DNA of 64,000 nucleotides from Lama guanicoe (Eukaryota). The translations under genes were made by a program, and so were the position numbers. Positions within the stretch are counted from its first letter, which is position 1. Every line of letters starts with the position of its first letter. The DNA is taken from the NCBI GenBank assembly GCA_013239625.1, contig MU053209.1, forward strand, positions 10,482-74,481. Reading direction: 5' to 3'. The notes beneath the pieces were generated by a model. That model made no database searches and was not told the DNA's origin. It was given only the letters and a program-made list of their open reading frames with translations. Below, piece by piece: positions 24,681 to 38,083 of this stretch.

Positions 24681-26139
24681 CTCCAGGGCAGTGACATCTC
24701 GAGCACTCAGATATGACCCGCCTCCACACAACATGCAGCAATTCCTGCAGCATCTTACTCTAGCCCTTGGCTTGTCCCAGATTCCTGCATTCATAAAACT
24801 GAAACCTTGGCTCACCTGCCGCAGAATTGCAATGTTCTTTTGTTACGATTTCTAAGACAAGTTCGCATAGGATTGATGTTAAATTTATCACAAAGTTTCT
24901 ATTGGAGCTGCATAAGCGAAGTTGGAGGAGTTTTTGGTATTATTTAGCTTGATGGAGGCTGCCTCCAGTATAACATACGCTCTCCTTAACAAGCCAAAAC
25001 AGGGAAACTGTGTTTCTTTCATTTGTCTTTGCGATCTAAAGCAAAGTAGTACCACCACCACTGAAGCAGACAGGAGCATCTGTTTATCCAAAGTTTGTGA
25101 CTGTCATTTATCAAAATATGAAACACATAAAAAGGGAGTGTCAGGGAGGTGTAGGAATGATGGTTATGCTAAGGGGGGCAGGTTAAGAAGATTTGTAACA
25201 AACATCCTATAGAAGTTTCTTCCTTGCTTTCCTCTCAAGGATGCTATAAGGATCAAATGTGATAATGTGAGTGAAGTTGTGTTACGCATTATAAAGCAAG
25301 ACAGAGACAGGGTATTATTTTTACCAAATAGAATATGGCCAGTTTTTAATAGATATTATCACTAAGTTCCATCTCAGCTATGGCTCTGATACCATGGAAT
25401 ACGATAGTATTACGAAAGGGAAGAAGAGTCTGAACACAAAATTTATTACTTAGGGAAATTACGTAGTTTCCCACAGGTATAAAGGACAATGTTTATCTTT
25501 CTCAATGGTAAACCTTTCTGAATAGCTCAATTGCTGCTCATCCCTAGGAAGCATTTTTTCTTATTTGTATCCCACTAAGGAATTCCCAGATACCATCTTA
25601 CCACAATTTCACTGTTTGCCTGAGTTCTGAACATGAATTCTGTTTAGAATTGTATAATTCAACGTTTTCTTCACAGACAGGTTCAAATGAAACAGGCCCA
25701 AGTCAATGGGTCCATCATCAACAAATTAGAAGCTCACAAAGCACAGACTCATGAGGGAAGAGAAAACAGAGAAATGGAAAAGAAGAGGATGTGGAGAAAT
25801 AAGAGGGTCCAGCAAGGTGGGCTTTCTGGGGGCGGGGCATGTAGCCATGGAGGAGGAGGCAGGGGTGGGTTGTGAGAAGAACAGAGATGAAGGCATGGTG
25901 ACAGATGATGACAGACAATATGCATAAAGCAACTGATGTGAGGTTTGTGTGACATCATCTGGTCGCCCGTGTCATAGCTGCACAAGGAGATGAGTCCCAA
26001 AGGAGACTGGTGAGAGGAAGGATGAAGTAGAAATTACCCAGAGGCCTCAAGATCTTGGAACGTTTTGAAGTGAAACAAAACAAAACAAAGCATACATACA
26101 AACACACACAAATAATTTTCTTTTTAGTTTAACTGAAAA

Positions 26140-26270
26140 CAGTGTGTGTGTTCTTGCACAGATCACTTAACATCTCCATGTCTTTGTGTTCTCAGTTGTA
26201 TCAGGAAGATGATGATGATGGTAATAATAATAATAATAATGATGACAATAAGGATTACTATGAAGTCCTC
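26140..26270 (+). mobile_element. MIR fragment with (ATG/AAT)n expansion
   Basis: 'tgtgttcttgcacagatcacttaacatctccatgtct' is the MIR core. Confidence 0.6.
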
Positions 26271-26974
26271 GTTAGTTAGTAGCTATTATTTTTTAGCAAT
26301 CATTGAATGAGAAGTGAAACAGTGATGCAATGTTTGAGGAAAGTAAAGAAGATTATTTAGAAAATAAATATTTCTTTAATTTGTTTCCAGTTACCAAGTT
26401 TCCCAGTTGTAACTGAATCATACTGGAAGGATAGGTCATGAGACTCATTTCACTGGGAGGTTCTTCAAGGATACAAACATTGTCTATTAGAGAGAAAATG
26501 GTCTTGGTAATTCTAGAAATGTCTTCAAATCTATCCTCTCTCATTTATTTGTGTGGTTTTGAATAAAGTATTTAACTTACTTGAATGTCATACAACGATT
26601 ATATTAATGATACTTTCTTGAAAGAGATGTGAGAAAAAATGAGCTAAGGGATTAAATAGCCATATTCATTAAAAGAACATTATATATTTTACTTTCCTCC
26701 CCTCCCTTTCCCTTAGAGAAGCTGTAGGAGAAAATGTTACATCACAGACTTCATTTCTATTAGTACCTGAAAGAACAGAAGCCCTGGAAGGAGGGTACAC
26801 AGTGGTTGGTATATAATATAACACACATTTCCTCTCTCTCTCTTCCTCTCTCTCTCTCTCAGACACACATATTCTTTTTAAAAATAAAGGTTAATAAGCA
26901 AAAAGAGAATGGGAAAGTCAGCTTACAGGCAAATACATCAACCAGATGATCTTTCAAGAAACTGCCTGGTTTCT

Positions 26975-27260
26975 TAGAAAACAAACTATGGTTACCAAAG
27001 TGGAAAGGGGTGGAGCGGAGGGATAATGTAGAAGTTTGGGATTAACAGATTACACACTACTATCGATAAACAACAAAGACCTACTGTGTAGCACAGGGAA
27101 CTCAGTGTCTTGTAATAACGTATAATGGAAAAGAATCTGAAAGGAAAGTACGTATGTATGTATGTATGTATATGCATAACTGAATTGCTTTGCTGTACAC
27201 CTGAAACTAACATTATAAATCAACTACACTTCAATAAACATACAATTCTTAAAATAAGAA
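26975..27260 (+). mobile_element. Cetartiodactyl-type L1 3' end
   Basis: 'agaaaacaaactatggttaccaaag...tagcacagggaact...gctgtacacctgaaactaac...cttcaataaa'. Confidence 0.9.
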
Positions 27261-27344
27261 ATTTTCTAAAAACTATAAAAGTAATCCACCTAAGGACAGA
27301 AAACAACAAAAAAGAAACTGTCCAGTTTTGTTTTGCATTTTCCT

Positions 27345-27625
27345 GATACACAGTGCCATATTATTCAACCATAAAAAAAGGACATCCTGTCATTTTCAAC
27401 AACATTGGTGAATCTCCAGGGCATTATGTGAAGTGAAACAAGTCAAAGAAAGGCAAGTACTTAATGATCTGCTATGTGGAATTTAAAAATATCAAACTCA
27501 CAGACAAGGAAAGTAGAATGATGGCTGTTGGGAGCTGGGGGGCTAGGGGACATGGGGAGATGTTGGTTAAAAGGTACAAACCTTGAGTTATAAGATGAGT
27601 AAGTTCTGGGACTCTCATGTGGAGC
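27345..27625 (+). mobile_element. L1MA-like fragment
   Basis: 'catcctgtcattttcaacaacat', 'gggcattatg', 'ggggagatgttggttaaaaggtacaaac', 'aagttctggg'. Confidence 0.85.
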
Positions 27626-29002
27626 CATTCATCAAGTTCCACTATCCAGTTCCCCAACTGCAGCTGAATCACATACGAATCATAGGTCACAGGAGTCATT
27701 CTACCAGGAAGTTCGTCAAGGATAAAAACTTCATACATTAGAAAGAAATCGACTTAGTCTTTCCAGAAATGTCTTCAACTCTAGGATCTCTTGTTTACTG
27801 AGTGCTTTTGTACGAAGTATTTCTTATTGGTACAAAAGGTGTATGGTTGTATTTTAACTAAAGTACAGCCCGATGACCATAGTGAACAATTCGGCATCGA
27901 CAAAAAATAAAAAAAAGAAGACGCTATCTGGCCCATAATTCTACAAATGTGGACACTTAACTTGATGTCCAATGAATATTAAATGTAGACTGGAATTCTT
28001 CTGAAAGAATTTTGTAGCCCTCAGCAGAGAAAATGGTCCTGTTTTATTCAAGCAGAAGAGAAAAACATCTATTTCAGACCTTCATTAGCCTGAAAATCTG
28101 GGTTCCTTTTACGCTGGGCAACATTTCCAGACATTACTTCCCTGAACCCTGCTTTTAGCACAGGTTTCTGGAAGAGAGATGCTCAGCAACATAGAAAACA
28201 TTCTTTTCTGTGAGATTGTTAGTTCACGTCCATCTCTGGCAACATTCAGATACTGTTTCTAAGAAAAGCAAGTAGTCTTTAATGCTCTGCATAGGGCAGA
28301 GAAAATTATTCCTGAAGTGTCAGTGGATTATGACTTGGAACACTGAAATGCTCATCGTTTTTGGTAACAACACTCTATAATTTAGAATTAAATTTTTACA
28401 GAAAAATTTCCAATTAACTGGGGTGAAAATGCAAGGATCATTACACAACAGGCATGCCTGAATGTTACAACCAAGAGGTTGTTGAAAGCTATTACATAGA
28501 CTTCAAAATGAAGCTCTTGTGGCTTTAAGACTTGATCCGCTGTTAGGGCCTGGAGTTAGGTCCAGCACTATGAACAACTGAGCCTTGACTTACTTTTCAG
28601 TTCTGATTTATTATTTACTTTGTGTTATTTATCCTGCAATTAATTTAATCAGAATCCTTAGTCACTCAGTCACTGATTCCTTAAGAAACACACTCTGCCT
28701 TACATGGCATTCAGTTCTCCCTCTGTGTTTAGTGAATGAGTGAATCGACCAACATATAGGAAGTGACTACTATATAAACTGTAGAACAAGAAATTCATTT
28801 CTAAGCATATCAATAAACTATGAACTGGCTGTGGAGACTAGGTACATGTATATAATGCAAAGAAACAAGGAAATGATCAAATTTGAAACCAAACGTCATA
28901 TGGCACTCTAGTTGCAAAAGACGGTGTGTCAATTAATCATAATTAGGGGATTTTTTTTTCCTGTAAAACTCTGAATTAGACACTAGATTTTGCTTTAAGA
29001 TT

Positions 29003-29028
29003 ACACACACACACACACACACACACAC
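29003..29028 (+). repeat. (AC)13 microsatellite
   Basis: Perfect dinucleotide run. Confidence 0.95.
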
Positions 29029-29747
29029 AAATGATAGCTGAAAGACACATTTTAGTATGTTGAGCAAATATAAAACAGGTATAAATATAAACAGATCCTG
29101 ATTCATGCATTCAACCATTTTCTCTTTTGACAGGATTGCGACAGACACGTAAGCTCCCTGGGATCAAATATTAAAAAAGAAAATGATTTAGAGCAATAAT
29201 TTGTAACTGCTCTAAATTCACCCATCCTTTGCTATTTCTCTTCATTGGGTTCCATATCATGAAATATTATGCCACTAATCAGCACTGATTGAACAGTAAG
29301 TAATTTATTTCCCTATTTATTTAAATGTAAAACACATGTTTGCCTGGCAGAACACATGCCATGAGCTACCTATGATCTTGGCTAACACAGCAAGTGGAAA
29401 TAATTTCTGTTAACATATTGTGGACTCTTTAGCCAGTCACAGCAGGTTTTCCAGTGCTAAGTGCACCCTGTTCCACAGGCTTTTTGCGAAAGCAGATTAC
29501 TGCTCGTGTCCTCCCCACTCCACTCCATCAGTAGCCTCGAGTAGCCTGAGAAAGCATTCGCTCACATTGCGAAGCTCTGACTTGCAGGTTGTAGACAGAA
29601 CAAGGGCTAATTTGTCAGGAGGGAGAATCCAGGGCTAGCCTTTAAAAGGGGGATTCTAACACTGGCACTTGTAAGCCCTATAATTTCACTGGCATGGGAT
29701 TGTGAAGAAGTGGAATACATGTGACAACGTATCTTCAAGATGACATC

Positions 29748-30002
29748 TTATGTAATGTATGTGATTAGCGAATACAGTTAGAAGTTACATGTGAAAGTTA
29801 AGAGAGTAATTCCTAAGAGTTCTCATCACAAGGGAAAAATTTTTTTTCTTCTTTCATTTTGTATCAATATCTATATGAGATGGATGTTTATTAAGCTTAT
29901 TGTAATCATTTCATAATGGATATAAGAAAAATCATTATGTGGCATGTGTTAAACTTACATAGTGCTGTATGTCAATCTTACCTCTATGAAACTAGGGACA
30001 AA
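29748..30002 (+). mobile_element. L1MA-like 3' end with target-site duplication
   Basis: Same family as 22220-22715. Flanked by AAGATGACATC (29737-29747) and AAGATGGCATC (30003-30013). Confidence 0.85.
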
Positions 30003-30849
30003 AAGATGGCATCCTCTTAATTTGGTTAAATTTTGGAAACCAATGTCATACATGTTACTCTACTAAATCAAACGTGGAGTTCCTCAACACCCATCATTTC
30101 AGTCATCTATAGTAAGTAAGGCAATAACCATTTATATTGGGCGAAAAACAAGGTTATCGTGCCTGTGTTAAAACCACTGTAATGTAGACATTAATATAAA
30201 ACTAAATGGTATTTGCACTCTGATACAGGCTTTAAGAAATCATAACCAGGCATGCAGTTAACTACTGAATGGTAATCTATGTCCATCCCATTTTTCAGTC
30301 AAATGCCTATACTGAAGCTGGAGTGCTATTTTAGTTTTTTAAGGCACATTACCAAGCTAAATATTTAAGAGTCAAAATAGAGCATCACACCTCAACTCTA
30401 TCTTAATGTCTCATTGTGAGCACATTCATATAAATATGAGACTTACGAAGCCAGAAACGTGTTTCAGATGTGTGTTACTATTTACACTTATTCAGTCTAT
30501 TTCAAGTAAATAGTAGAACACATTGCATGTGATAAAGGGGTTGATGCTCATAAAGAGAACTTCTATCTCAGCCCACAGTCTCCTTGTGCCAATGTCACCA
30601 CAATGTAAGTTTCCACGGGATAGCCTTGCTGTCCAGTGGATTCTTCTAACGTTCTTCTACAGTACAGCTCAACGCTGAATCAAGGGTCAAAGCTGACTTT
30701 TTCTAAAGAAAGTGCAATGCAGGGGATATCATTTACGGCTTGTCCAGCATAGGTTTAATGACCATGAAGGCTGGATGGGGTCATAAAAAGAATAGGACCA
30801 GAAGCCTAGAATTTCATTAGTAGAAGATTCTGAGTCTTGTGGAGAGCAC

Positions 30850-30975
30850 AATGTCAGCCCATCACAACTGTCCCAGTGCCCCTGAACAAAGCACTTAAAT
30901 GCTCGGTGCCTCCGTTCATGATGAGGAGCTGGGTGAGCTGGCCTTTTAATACCCTTCCAGATGTAACATTCCACG
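30850..30975 (+). mobile_element. MIR3/MIRc-like fragment
   Basis: 'ctgaacaaagcacttaaatgctcggtgcctccgtt...cccttccagatgtaacattcc'. Confidence 0.55.
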
Positions 30976-31505
30976 CTGCCCGTCCTTTTACCACAGTACA
31001 ACCACTCTGGCTCCCCTTTCTCTTTTTTGCCCTCAGGAAGTAGCAGAACATAAATTAGAGAAAGAGATGGTCCATCTTCATGGAAGAAAGCAAACTTCAT
31101 ACTAGCATATTTCCTCCTAGAAAGAATCAGGTAACACCCCCATCTTTAAAAAAAAAATCTGTGACTGAACTATCTTCCAGTTTAAATAAATGCCTGTTTT
31201 GGCAAGGATGAGAGTAACCCCTATGCCTTCTGTTCAACAGTTTTTTTGTAAATGCCTTGAATCACACCCTAGCCAATGATTAAAGGGCATTTATAGAATC
31301 TCTTTGATGAAAGTAACAACCCATGTTAGTTCGTCCAGTGTCTTCACAAGTCACAGGAGGCAAAAGGGAAGCAAACTGAGAAGACACCTTTGCCTCTAGG
31401 TCCTGACTCTGCCTCTCAGATGAAAGTTGTATTTTCTTTCCCTCCAAGGTTGACATACTGGATAAAAGCAATCCTCCTCGACAGCACAGGCTCTCTCCAG
31501 CTCAC

Positions 31506-31930
31506 TTCAGCTACGTAAATACAGAGACGCCCCCAAGGGAGGTCAGAAACAAAGCCCGAATCCATCGCTTTCAGCTTTTCAAGCACCTGCTTACAACTAG
31601 CTCCCCGGCTGGGGCTCTGCCAGGTTCCTTTTGAAGACTCCCGACTCCCTAACATGCCGTGGGCAGGACCCAAGCCGGGAAATGCTATGGCAACGACCTT
31701 GGTCAGAGGTATTTCAGGAATGTTTCCAGGAGAAGTTGTAAAGATATTAAAGTCACCTTTCTCACTGTCACTGTTGTGATGTTTGTACTCGGACCCCTCA
31801 AGCCCCAGAAGAAAATGTCAATGGGAAAAGCCTTTTGCCCACCCCGGAGCTGGCGATCAGTATGGAGGAGTAACGAACTAGGGACCTGCTCCAGGGCGAG
31901 CGTGTTTACTGGAGCTCTGGCAGCGTGAGA
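31506..31930 (-). promoter_or_regulatory. Candidate regulatory element / alternative first exon
   Basis: GC/CpG-enriched unique segment with an RFX X-box-like AATGCTATGGCAAC (31681-31694) and a minus-strand donor GAA|gtgagc at 31506/31505. Confidence 0.35.
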
Positions 31931-32056
31931 CTTTGAGTTGCTCTTTGAGGGCAAACAAAGCTAGTTAGAGCCTTGCACTGTTGGTGTCTTTTTATGACCC
32001 AGGAACAAATGATTTGATCAAAATGATAACTTTTGACCATGTGGTAAAAATGCAAT

Positions 32057-32393
32057 ATTTATTTATTTATTAAAGTATAGTTAATTTACAACATTGTGTT
32101 AGTTTCAGGTGTACAGCAAACTGATTCAGTTCACATACATGTATACACACACACACACATATACACACACACATATATATAAAATCTATTCTTTCTTTGG
32201 GTTCTTTTCCATTATAGGTTATTGCAAGATACTAAATAAAGTTTCCTGTGCTATACACCAGACACTTATTGGTTATCTATTTTACATCTGTTAATCCCAA
32301 ACTCCTAATTTATCCCTCCCCTTCTCCTTTCCCTCTCTGGTAATCATACATTTTTTTTTCTATGTCTGTGAATCTGTTTCTGTTTTGTAAATA
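32057..32393 (-). mobile_element. Cetartiodactyl-type L1 3' end
   Basis: 'aagtatagttaatttacaacattgtgttagtttcaggtgtacagca...atcccaaactcctaatttatccctccc...tctgtttctgttttgtaaat'. Confidence 0.9.
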
Positions 32394-33359
32394 ATATCTC
32401 TTAAAACAATTATTTCATTTAGAAAAACAAGTAAAACCACAACCAAAAACACAAACACTTGTGCTGCTGTGTTTTAATAAAACTCTGACTGATACCCATG
32501 AGCCAGACGTGTTTTAATAATGAAAGGACAGTAACAACTCTGCTTGCTAAGCTTCACAAAACCTGCAAAGCCAGGGCATCGCTGGTTAGGCCATAGGAAT
32601 TTAATGGACATGGCTGTCTTCCCAGTTAAGCTTCTATGAATATAAATGATTTAATATTCATCTTAAAACAGCCCTTTAAGTAACTAAGAGATGTGCACTG
32701 CATCACCAGTATCCTAGAAGCAGGTTTTATTTGTCTAGATATCCTATCCCAGTAAGTCTCCAGCTGATGTTCAGTTCACCTTTTAAAGTTCTCATGACCT
32801 TTAAAACAGCTTACTACTAAAAAAGAAAGAGGGAAGGTGACACTGCAGAAGAGTTGATGGCATCAGAAGGGAAAGACACATTAGTAGAAATCAGAAAGGA
32901 AAAGAACCCTTCACCGAAACAGTTCAAATCAGAGAAGAGCTCTGTGCTCTGCAGGGCTTCCGTGAGAACTTAACAGAATAAGTGGCCTGGGCAAGCCAGT
33001 CACAGTGACACAGACGGAAATCAAGCCCTTGACTAATTTAATTTCAAAACTGACCTTTCTACCTGCAGGCAGAGGAACGACTTTTTTCCTTGGAATAGTA
33101 GAAAGCCTGAGGCTAGCAGGCAAATGCTGGCCCAGAACCCCCTACTGTCCCCGCCAGCCCCACTCTGTTGCCTTTCCACATGTGACTTCCTGTCATTTTC
33201 ACTGCACACAGAGTCACACCTGGGGTCATGCAAGTGTCTACTGCTACTTAATGGAAATCCTCACTGCCCATAAAGGGGCTTAGTGCCAAACCCAGGACAC
33301 AAGCTCTGAACTTATATGTTGATTTTAGATTTAATTTCCTTTCATGGAAAAATTGAAAG

Positions 33360-34160
33360 TTTAAATGAATAAAAGGCATCACCCAAAGACCCACCAAAAC
33401 CTACTGTGAATGTTTCATCATAATTCTTTAAGAAGTAATTTTTATTTTTATGTTTAGAGTCTCTGATATACATACTTTTGCTTAGATTTTTCTATGTTTG
33501 CCGTAGTCACCTCAGTCTTATTTCTTATGATTTCTATGTGACATTAATAGTAATATTTTATGACTTAAGGAGAGCTCTAGTTATCATGTTAAGAATATTA
33601 TACTACCTTATGCAACCACTTCAAAACTGTTGACTGTTTAGGTTGTTTTTAGTTTTTCTCTTTTGTAAGCAACATTGAATGAATTTTTTTTTTGTATTGT
33701 GCCAATATTAATTTTCAAATACAGGGTATACAAGCTTCTCTCACCGGGTCAGGCATGTCCCAGGTTAAAAAAATATTTACAATAAGAAAATTACTTCTCA
33801 TTTTAAAATTTGCATTTCTCCAAGTAGTCATTAAATTCACCATTATGTCTCATGGTTATTTGCCATTTACATTCCACTATTTTTTTTGTTTTTTGGAGCC
33901 GGAGAAGGGACTAAGTTTTATTTATTTATTGGATGGAGGGGCTGGGGATTGAACCCGGGACCTTGTGCAAGCTAGGCATGTGCTCTACCACTGGGATGTA
34001 CCCTTCCCCCCCTACATTCCACTTTTTATTAACTTTTTATTCCTTGCATTTTATTAAAATTAAGGTGACAATTGTTTTCTGTTTCTAAAGCTATCAATCT
34101 TTATGGTAAATATGTCCTCTGTGTCCAGTTTGAGTTTTCATTTTTGTTCAGCAATAGTTA
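33360..34160 (-). mobile_element. Degraded L1ME-like fragment hosting a SINE
   Basis: T-rich, 'ttttaaaatttgcatttctc...ttatttgccatttacatt'. Confidence 0.5.
33879..34012 (-). mobile_element. tRNA-derived SINE (camelid Vic-1 type) with TSD
   Basis: Antisense B box 'ggggattgaaccc' and A box 'ctctaccactg', poly(T), and an 11-bp TSD TACATTCCACT at 33868-33878 and 34013-34023. Confidence 0.92.
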
Positions 34161-34499
34161 CTGTCACCTCTTTTCTTTTACTAGTTTTCCCAGATCAGAA
34201 AAAAAAAAAGAGATGAAAATAGAAAAAGATTTCCATTCTTGGGTCCATAAAACAATGATATTTTCACAACTCTTATCATGTTGTTATTCATACACCGGTA
34301 AGCTGATTCTGATGTTGTTTGGACCTATTCAGATAGAAAGATGCTTGTGGCCATTTCAGCAACAAGGAGGCTACTACTCAGATCTTGCAGAAGGAAAAGT
34401 CTCACACCTCCAAGGCAACCACAGGCTGCCTTTGTTCCTGCCATAACTCTATGATCCCCTTCCAGTTAGCCTTCAAATGCCTAACTGCACACCAGCTAG

Positions 34500-34700
34500 C
34501 ACGGTGATTACACTGTTCCAGCTCTTTCATAAGATGCACGTATATGTAGCTATTAGAACACTTAAAAATCAAGTCTATAATTATTTACTTATATGTATTT
34601 CTTCCCCAAAAACCATGAACTATAGAGGAATGTGTGCTTTTTTGTTCTCTAACATTATGCCTAACAGATAGGTGTCCAATTAATATTAAATGAATAGCAT
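34500..34700 (+). mobile_element. L2 3' end
   Basis: 'ataattatttacttatatgtatttcttcccc...tgcctaacagataggtgtccaattaatattaaatgaat'. Confidence 0.6.
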
Positions 34701-37284
34701 AATTACCTAATTAGTTAAATGACAAGAAGCAATTAGAGTGAAATGTAGAAAGACAGGTAGAGACAGGAAATGCAGAATCATACGTTTTCTATCATACTAT
34801 GGAAAGGCGAGCAAATCGTGACACTTACGGGCACCAAACAAAGAGGAATTGTACTATGTCACTCAATCAACTCTTCAGACAGGAAAACTGATGGGTTTCA
34901 AACAGCCTGTGCATTTGCCCAAGCCTCCAGTGTCCTGTGTGAGTTATTGTCACAAGAGTTGTGCTGTGAGCCAGCTTCATCATAGCTGTGTATTGGCCTT
35001 GCCTTCTTTGGGGCCATCCTCCCTTTCAAATGTGCTTTCTCATATTTCTAGTATGATGATTATGACAAAAGAGAGCCACCCCCTTGAATGGAGTACAGTC
35101 CCATTTCCTATGCAAGACCCATAGAGATGCCTTCTACACCACGGAGCCACTCACTCCCTCTCCCACCACCGGGGTGGGGGGGGCCTACCGTCAGATCAGC
35201 CTCTCCTTTGAAGAGAATCAGGGCAACAGCATCCTATGGATGCTTTTACAAGAAAACACAGGAAATAGGAATTCAAGTAATTTTATTAAATGAATAAAGG
35301 AGATAAACTAATAAAATACATATTGTGACAATTAGGCAAATAAAAAGAAAAAATGCTCTTCATGGAGAAAGAATATTAAGCCCAAACAAGATCAAAAGCC
35401 AGGATTTCAGTGAAGGAGAGTTTCCTGAAAGAGTGGATACATCAGTTATGTCATAAGATGATTTTTGATACACACACTGTAACGTTAAACTCAACAATCT
35501 GCAGAAGTCATGCCCTATTTGTGAAGATCCTGTCATTACTCAATTAACTGTGATCTACGATGACTAGTTAGAAATGTTTGACTTGGCAAGACAGAGTTTG
35601 TCATCAGGTTACGCATTTTCAATCATTCCATCTTTTATTGAACATGTGTTTATTAATTATAAAACAACAGGAACTCAAAACTTATATAATTCAACTGATG
35701 AGCAAAACTGTAAGGGGAGTTATTGCAGATGGACACTGCTGGTTTATCACCTCCCTATTTATTTTCAGAAGGAAGAAGAAAGGTTTCACATAAGGCATTT
35801 ACCCATCATTGTATTCAAACTTGGTCTCGTTTCAGTTTTGAAACATCAATGGCAAGGAGAGAACACGATTTACCTCATTTTCTCCTGGATTCCACACAAA
35901 ATCAACAAAGAGAATCAGTGACTGAGAGACAGCAGCCTCTACAAAACTGATATTTCCATGAGACTTGGTCTTATAAATGAGGACTGAAAGTTGAATAAAA
36001 ACAAATATACTGATGATTACAGATCTCATCAAGTCAGGGTTCCCACACAAGCAGTACAGTCTGCTGGACAAACCAACAATTCCTCGTTTTTAACCACAGG
36101 AACCCCAGGCCAGGACTTGTAGCTAAGACTTCCATAGACTCCATTCTGCAAGTCTGGGAAGGCATGTAAGATGGAGCAGGGCTGAATCAGAAAGAACCCA
36201 GAAGAATCAATTTTTGCAAAAAGCAAACTATCTGTGTATAAGTGCAGAGAGAACACACTGTATTTTTACCAACTCTGCCCTTCTTACTGTACTGGGGGAG
36301 ACCAAAAAGCTTAAAAAGACACAATAAACAGATCATTAGATGAAATTCTGCTACCATGGGACCTCCCTCAAATAGCTGGTCCAGAAAAATCCCGCTACTT
36401 CTCAAGAGGAGTAATATTACAAAATGGAACCAGAAATACACCAATGATACAAAGATGCTACCTTATATAAAAGAAGTAAGAGGAAGGGAAAGAGAAAAGA
36501 AGAAAAGAAATTGAAAATTATATGTGTGTGTGTTCATGTGTGGATAGACATAGTTATAAGTAGATACATGCATATTGATATATACATCTATATGTACACA
36601 CACACCCATTTTTAAGCCGGGCATTGGCATCAGTCTCTCAGACTACATCTATCCCACTGGAGGGCGTTTTTCACAGCCCCCAGTCAGGGCACTTGGAGCA
36701 AGGTAACTCAGTGGTATGTATGGTGGCTGGTGGCAGGGGACAGCCAGCTTCTGTACTTCATTCCTTCCCTTTCTCTCTAGGCCCCTCCTTCCAGTCTTAG
36801 AAGGGGATTTAACCTTCTTTCCTAGGGTCAAAATAGTGTCAGCCTTCCTATTGCAGGGTCTGTTGAAAACTTCTGTGCTCCAGTCACACAGGCTTCATGC
36901 TCTCAAAATGTATTGTTTGCACTTTCAAAAATTGTTCTTTGCAGATTAAAATGCTTGTCTAACACATGCATTTTGAAAATCCTATTTTTAACCCCAAACT
37001 GCATGTCTACCTTCCTTTAGGTTTTAAATAGGGACCATCAAGGCAACTAGGAATGAACAAGTGTAAGTCACTAGGAACACAAATGCTTCAGCTTAACATA
37101 TGCAAAAATAGTATCCCTGGTATAATGATATCATGACTAAAGCTTTATCTGCAGTGGAAAATTTGAATAAATATATATGTGTGTATGTATATATATATAT
37201 ATATATATCTCCTAATAAATGTGTTATTCCATGCCATTAATGCGCTGAGAAAGAATTGTAAAGAATTTACCATCTCTAATTTAT

Positions 37285-37392
37285 ATATTAATTCCAAAAT
37301 ATTTATTGCATTTTTACTGTGTTCCAGGTACTGTGCTAGGTACTAGAAACAAAAAGAAGACTAAGACACAATTACCTCCTTCCTGGAGCTTA
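37285..37392 (-). mobile_element. L2 3' end
   Basis: 'aaatatttattgcatttttactgtgttccaggtactgtgctaggtact'. Confidence 0.75.
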
Positions 37393-38083
37393 GGGCTGCT
37401 CTCAACCTCTTTCATCTTTAGATATTTATCTTCATTCTGTCCTTTCGTTCTGGTGAGAGGCATCGCATCACTAAGCAACATGTTTGGGAAAACATGTTTA
37501 CTTCACAAACTGGATCTCTTTAAATTCAGTAAACAAGACTTTGAAAATACCAACCTGTGGATATGATACTAATGAACACAGATACATGGTAAAACTGGAA
37601 CATGTATTCACATCCCATCAATGAACAGTGTTCCCTCACTCAGCTTTCAGGGTGTTGCTCCACATTCTCCTGGCATTTCACCTGCTGATCCGAACCACCC
37701 TCTAACATTAAATCCATCCTATTTATTTTTCATGGTACATATGCTATTGGCAGCCATGATGAAGGAATGCAAAGTCAAAAACATTTTGCTTGTCTTTGTC
37801 CCCACTGTGTTGAGGCAAAACATTCCTGACTGGTGATTCATTCACGTCAAAGCTCTTCTGACTCATGTTCTCTAAGTGGCTGCTGAATGTAAGTTTATAT
37901 AATTTTCAGATTGCATGCATAATTGGATATGACTTAAGTCACTCTGTCACCGGATTAGACAAAGTTTCCAAAAATCACTACATAAAGAAAAAAGAGAGAA
38001 TACTTTTCATCCAATCTTACCAATAAAATCCGCACATCCTCTCCTTTTTCAGCATGACCTAAGATGACTGGACCAAAAAGGCA

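Larger units (their letters stand above)
26385..27830 (+). repeat. Diverged direct repeat pair, ~195 bp (26385-26582 and 27636-27830)
   Basis: Colinear shared blocks ctgaatca, ataggtca, tcatt, tcaaggata, attaga.agaaa, agaaatgtcttcaa, aagtattt. Confidence 0.85.

Noticed and set aside
10575..31930. Naming the host gene
   Set aside because: I compared the candidate exons from memory with several multi-promoter genes and found no confident match; a BLAST or liftover is needed.
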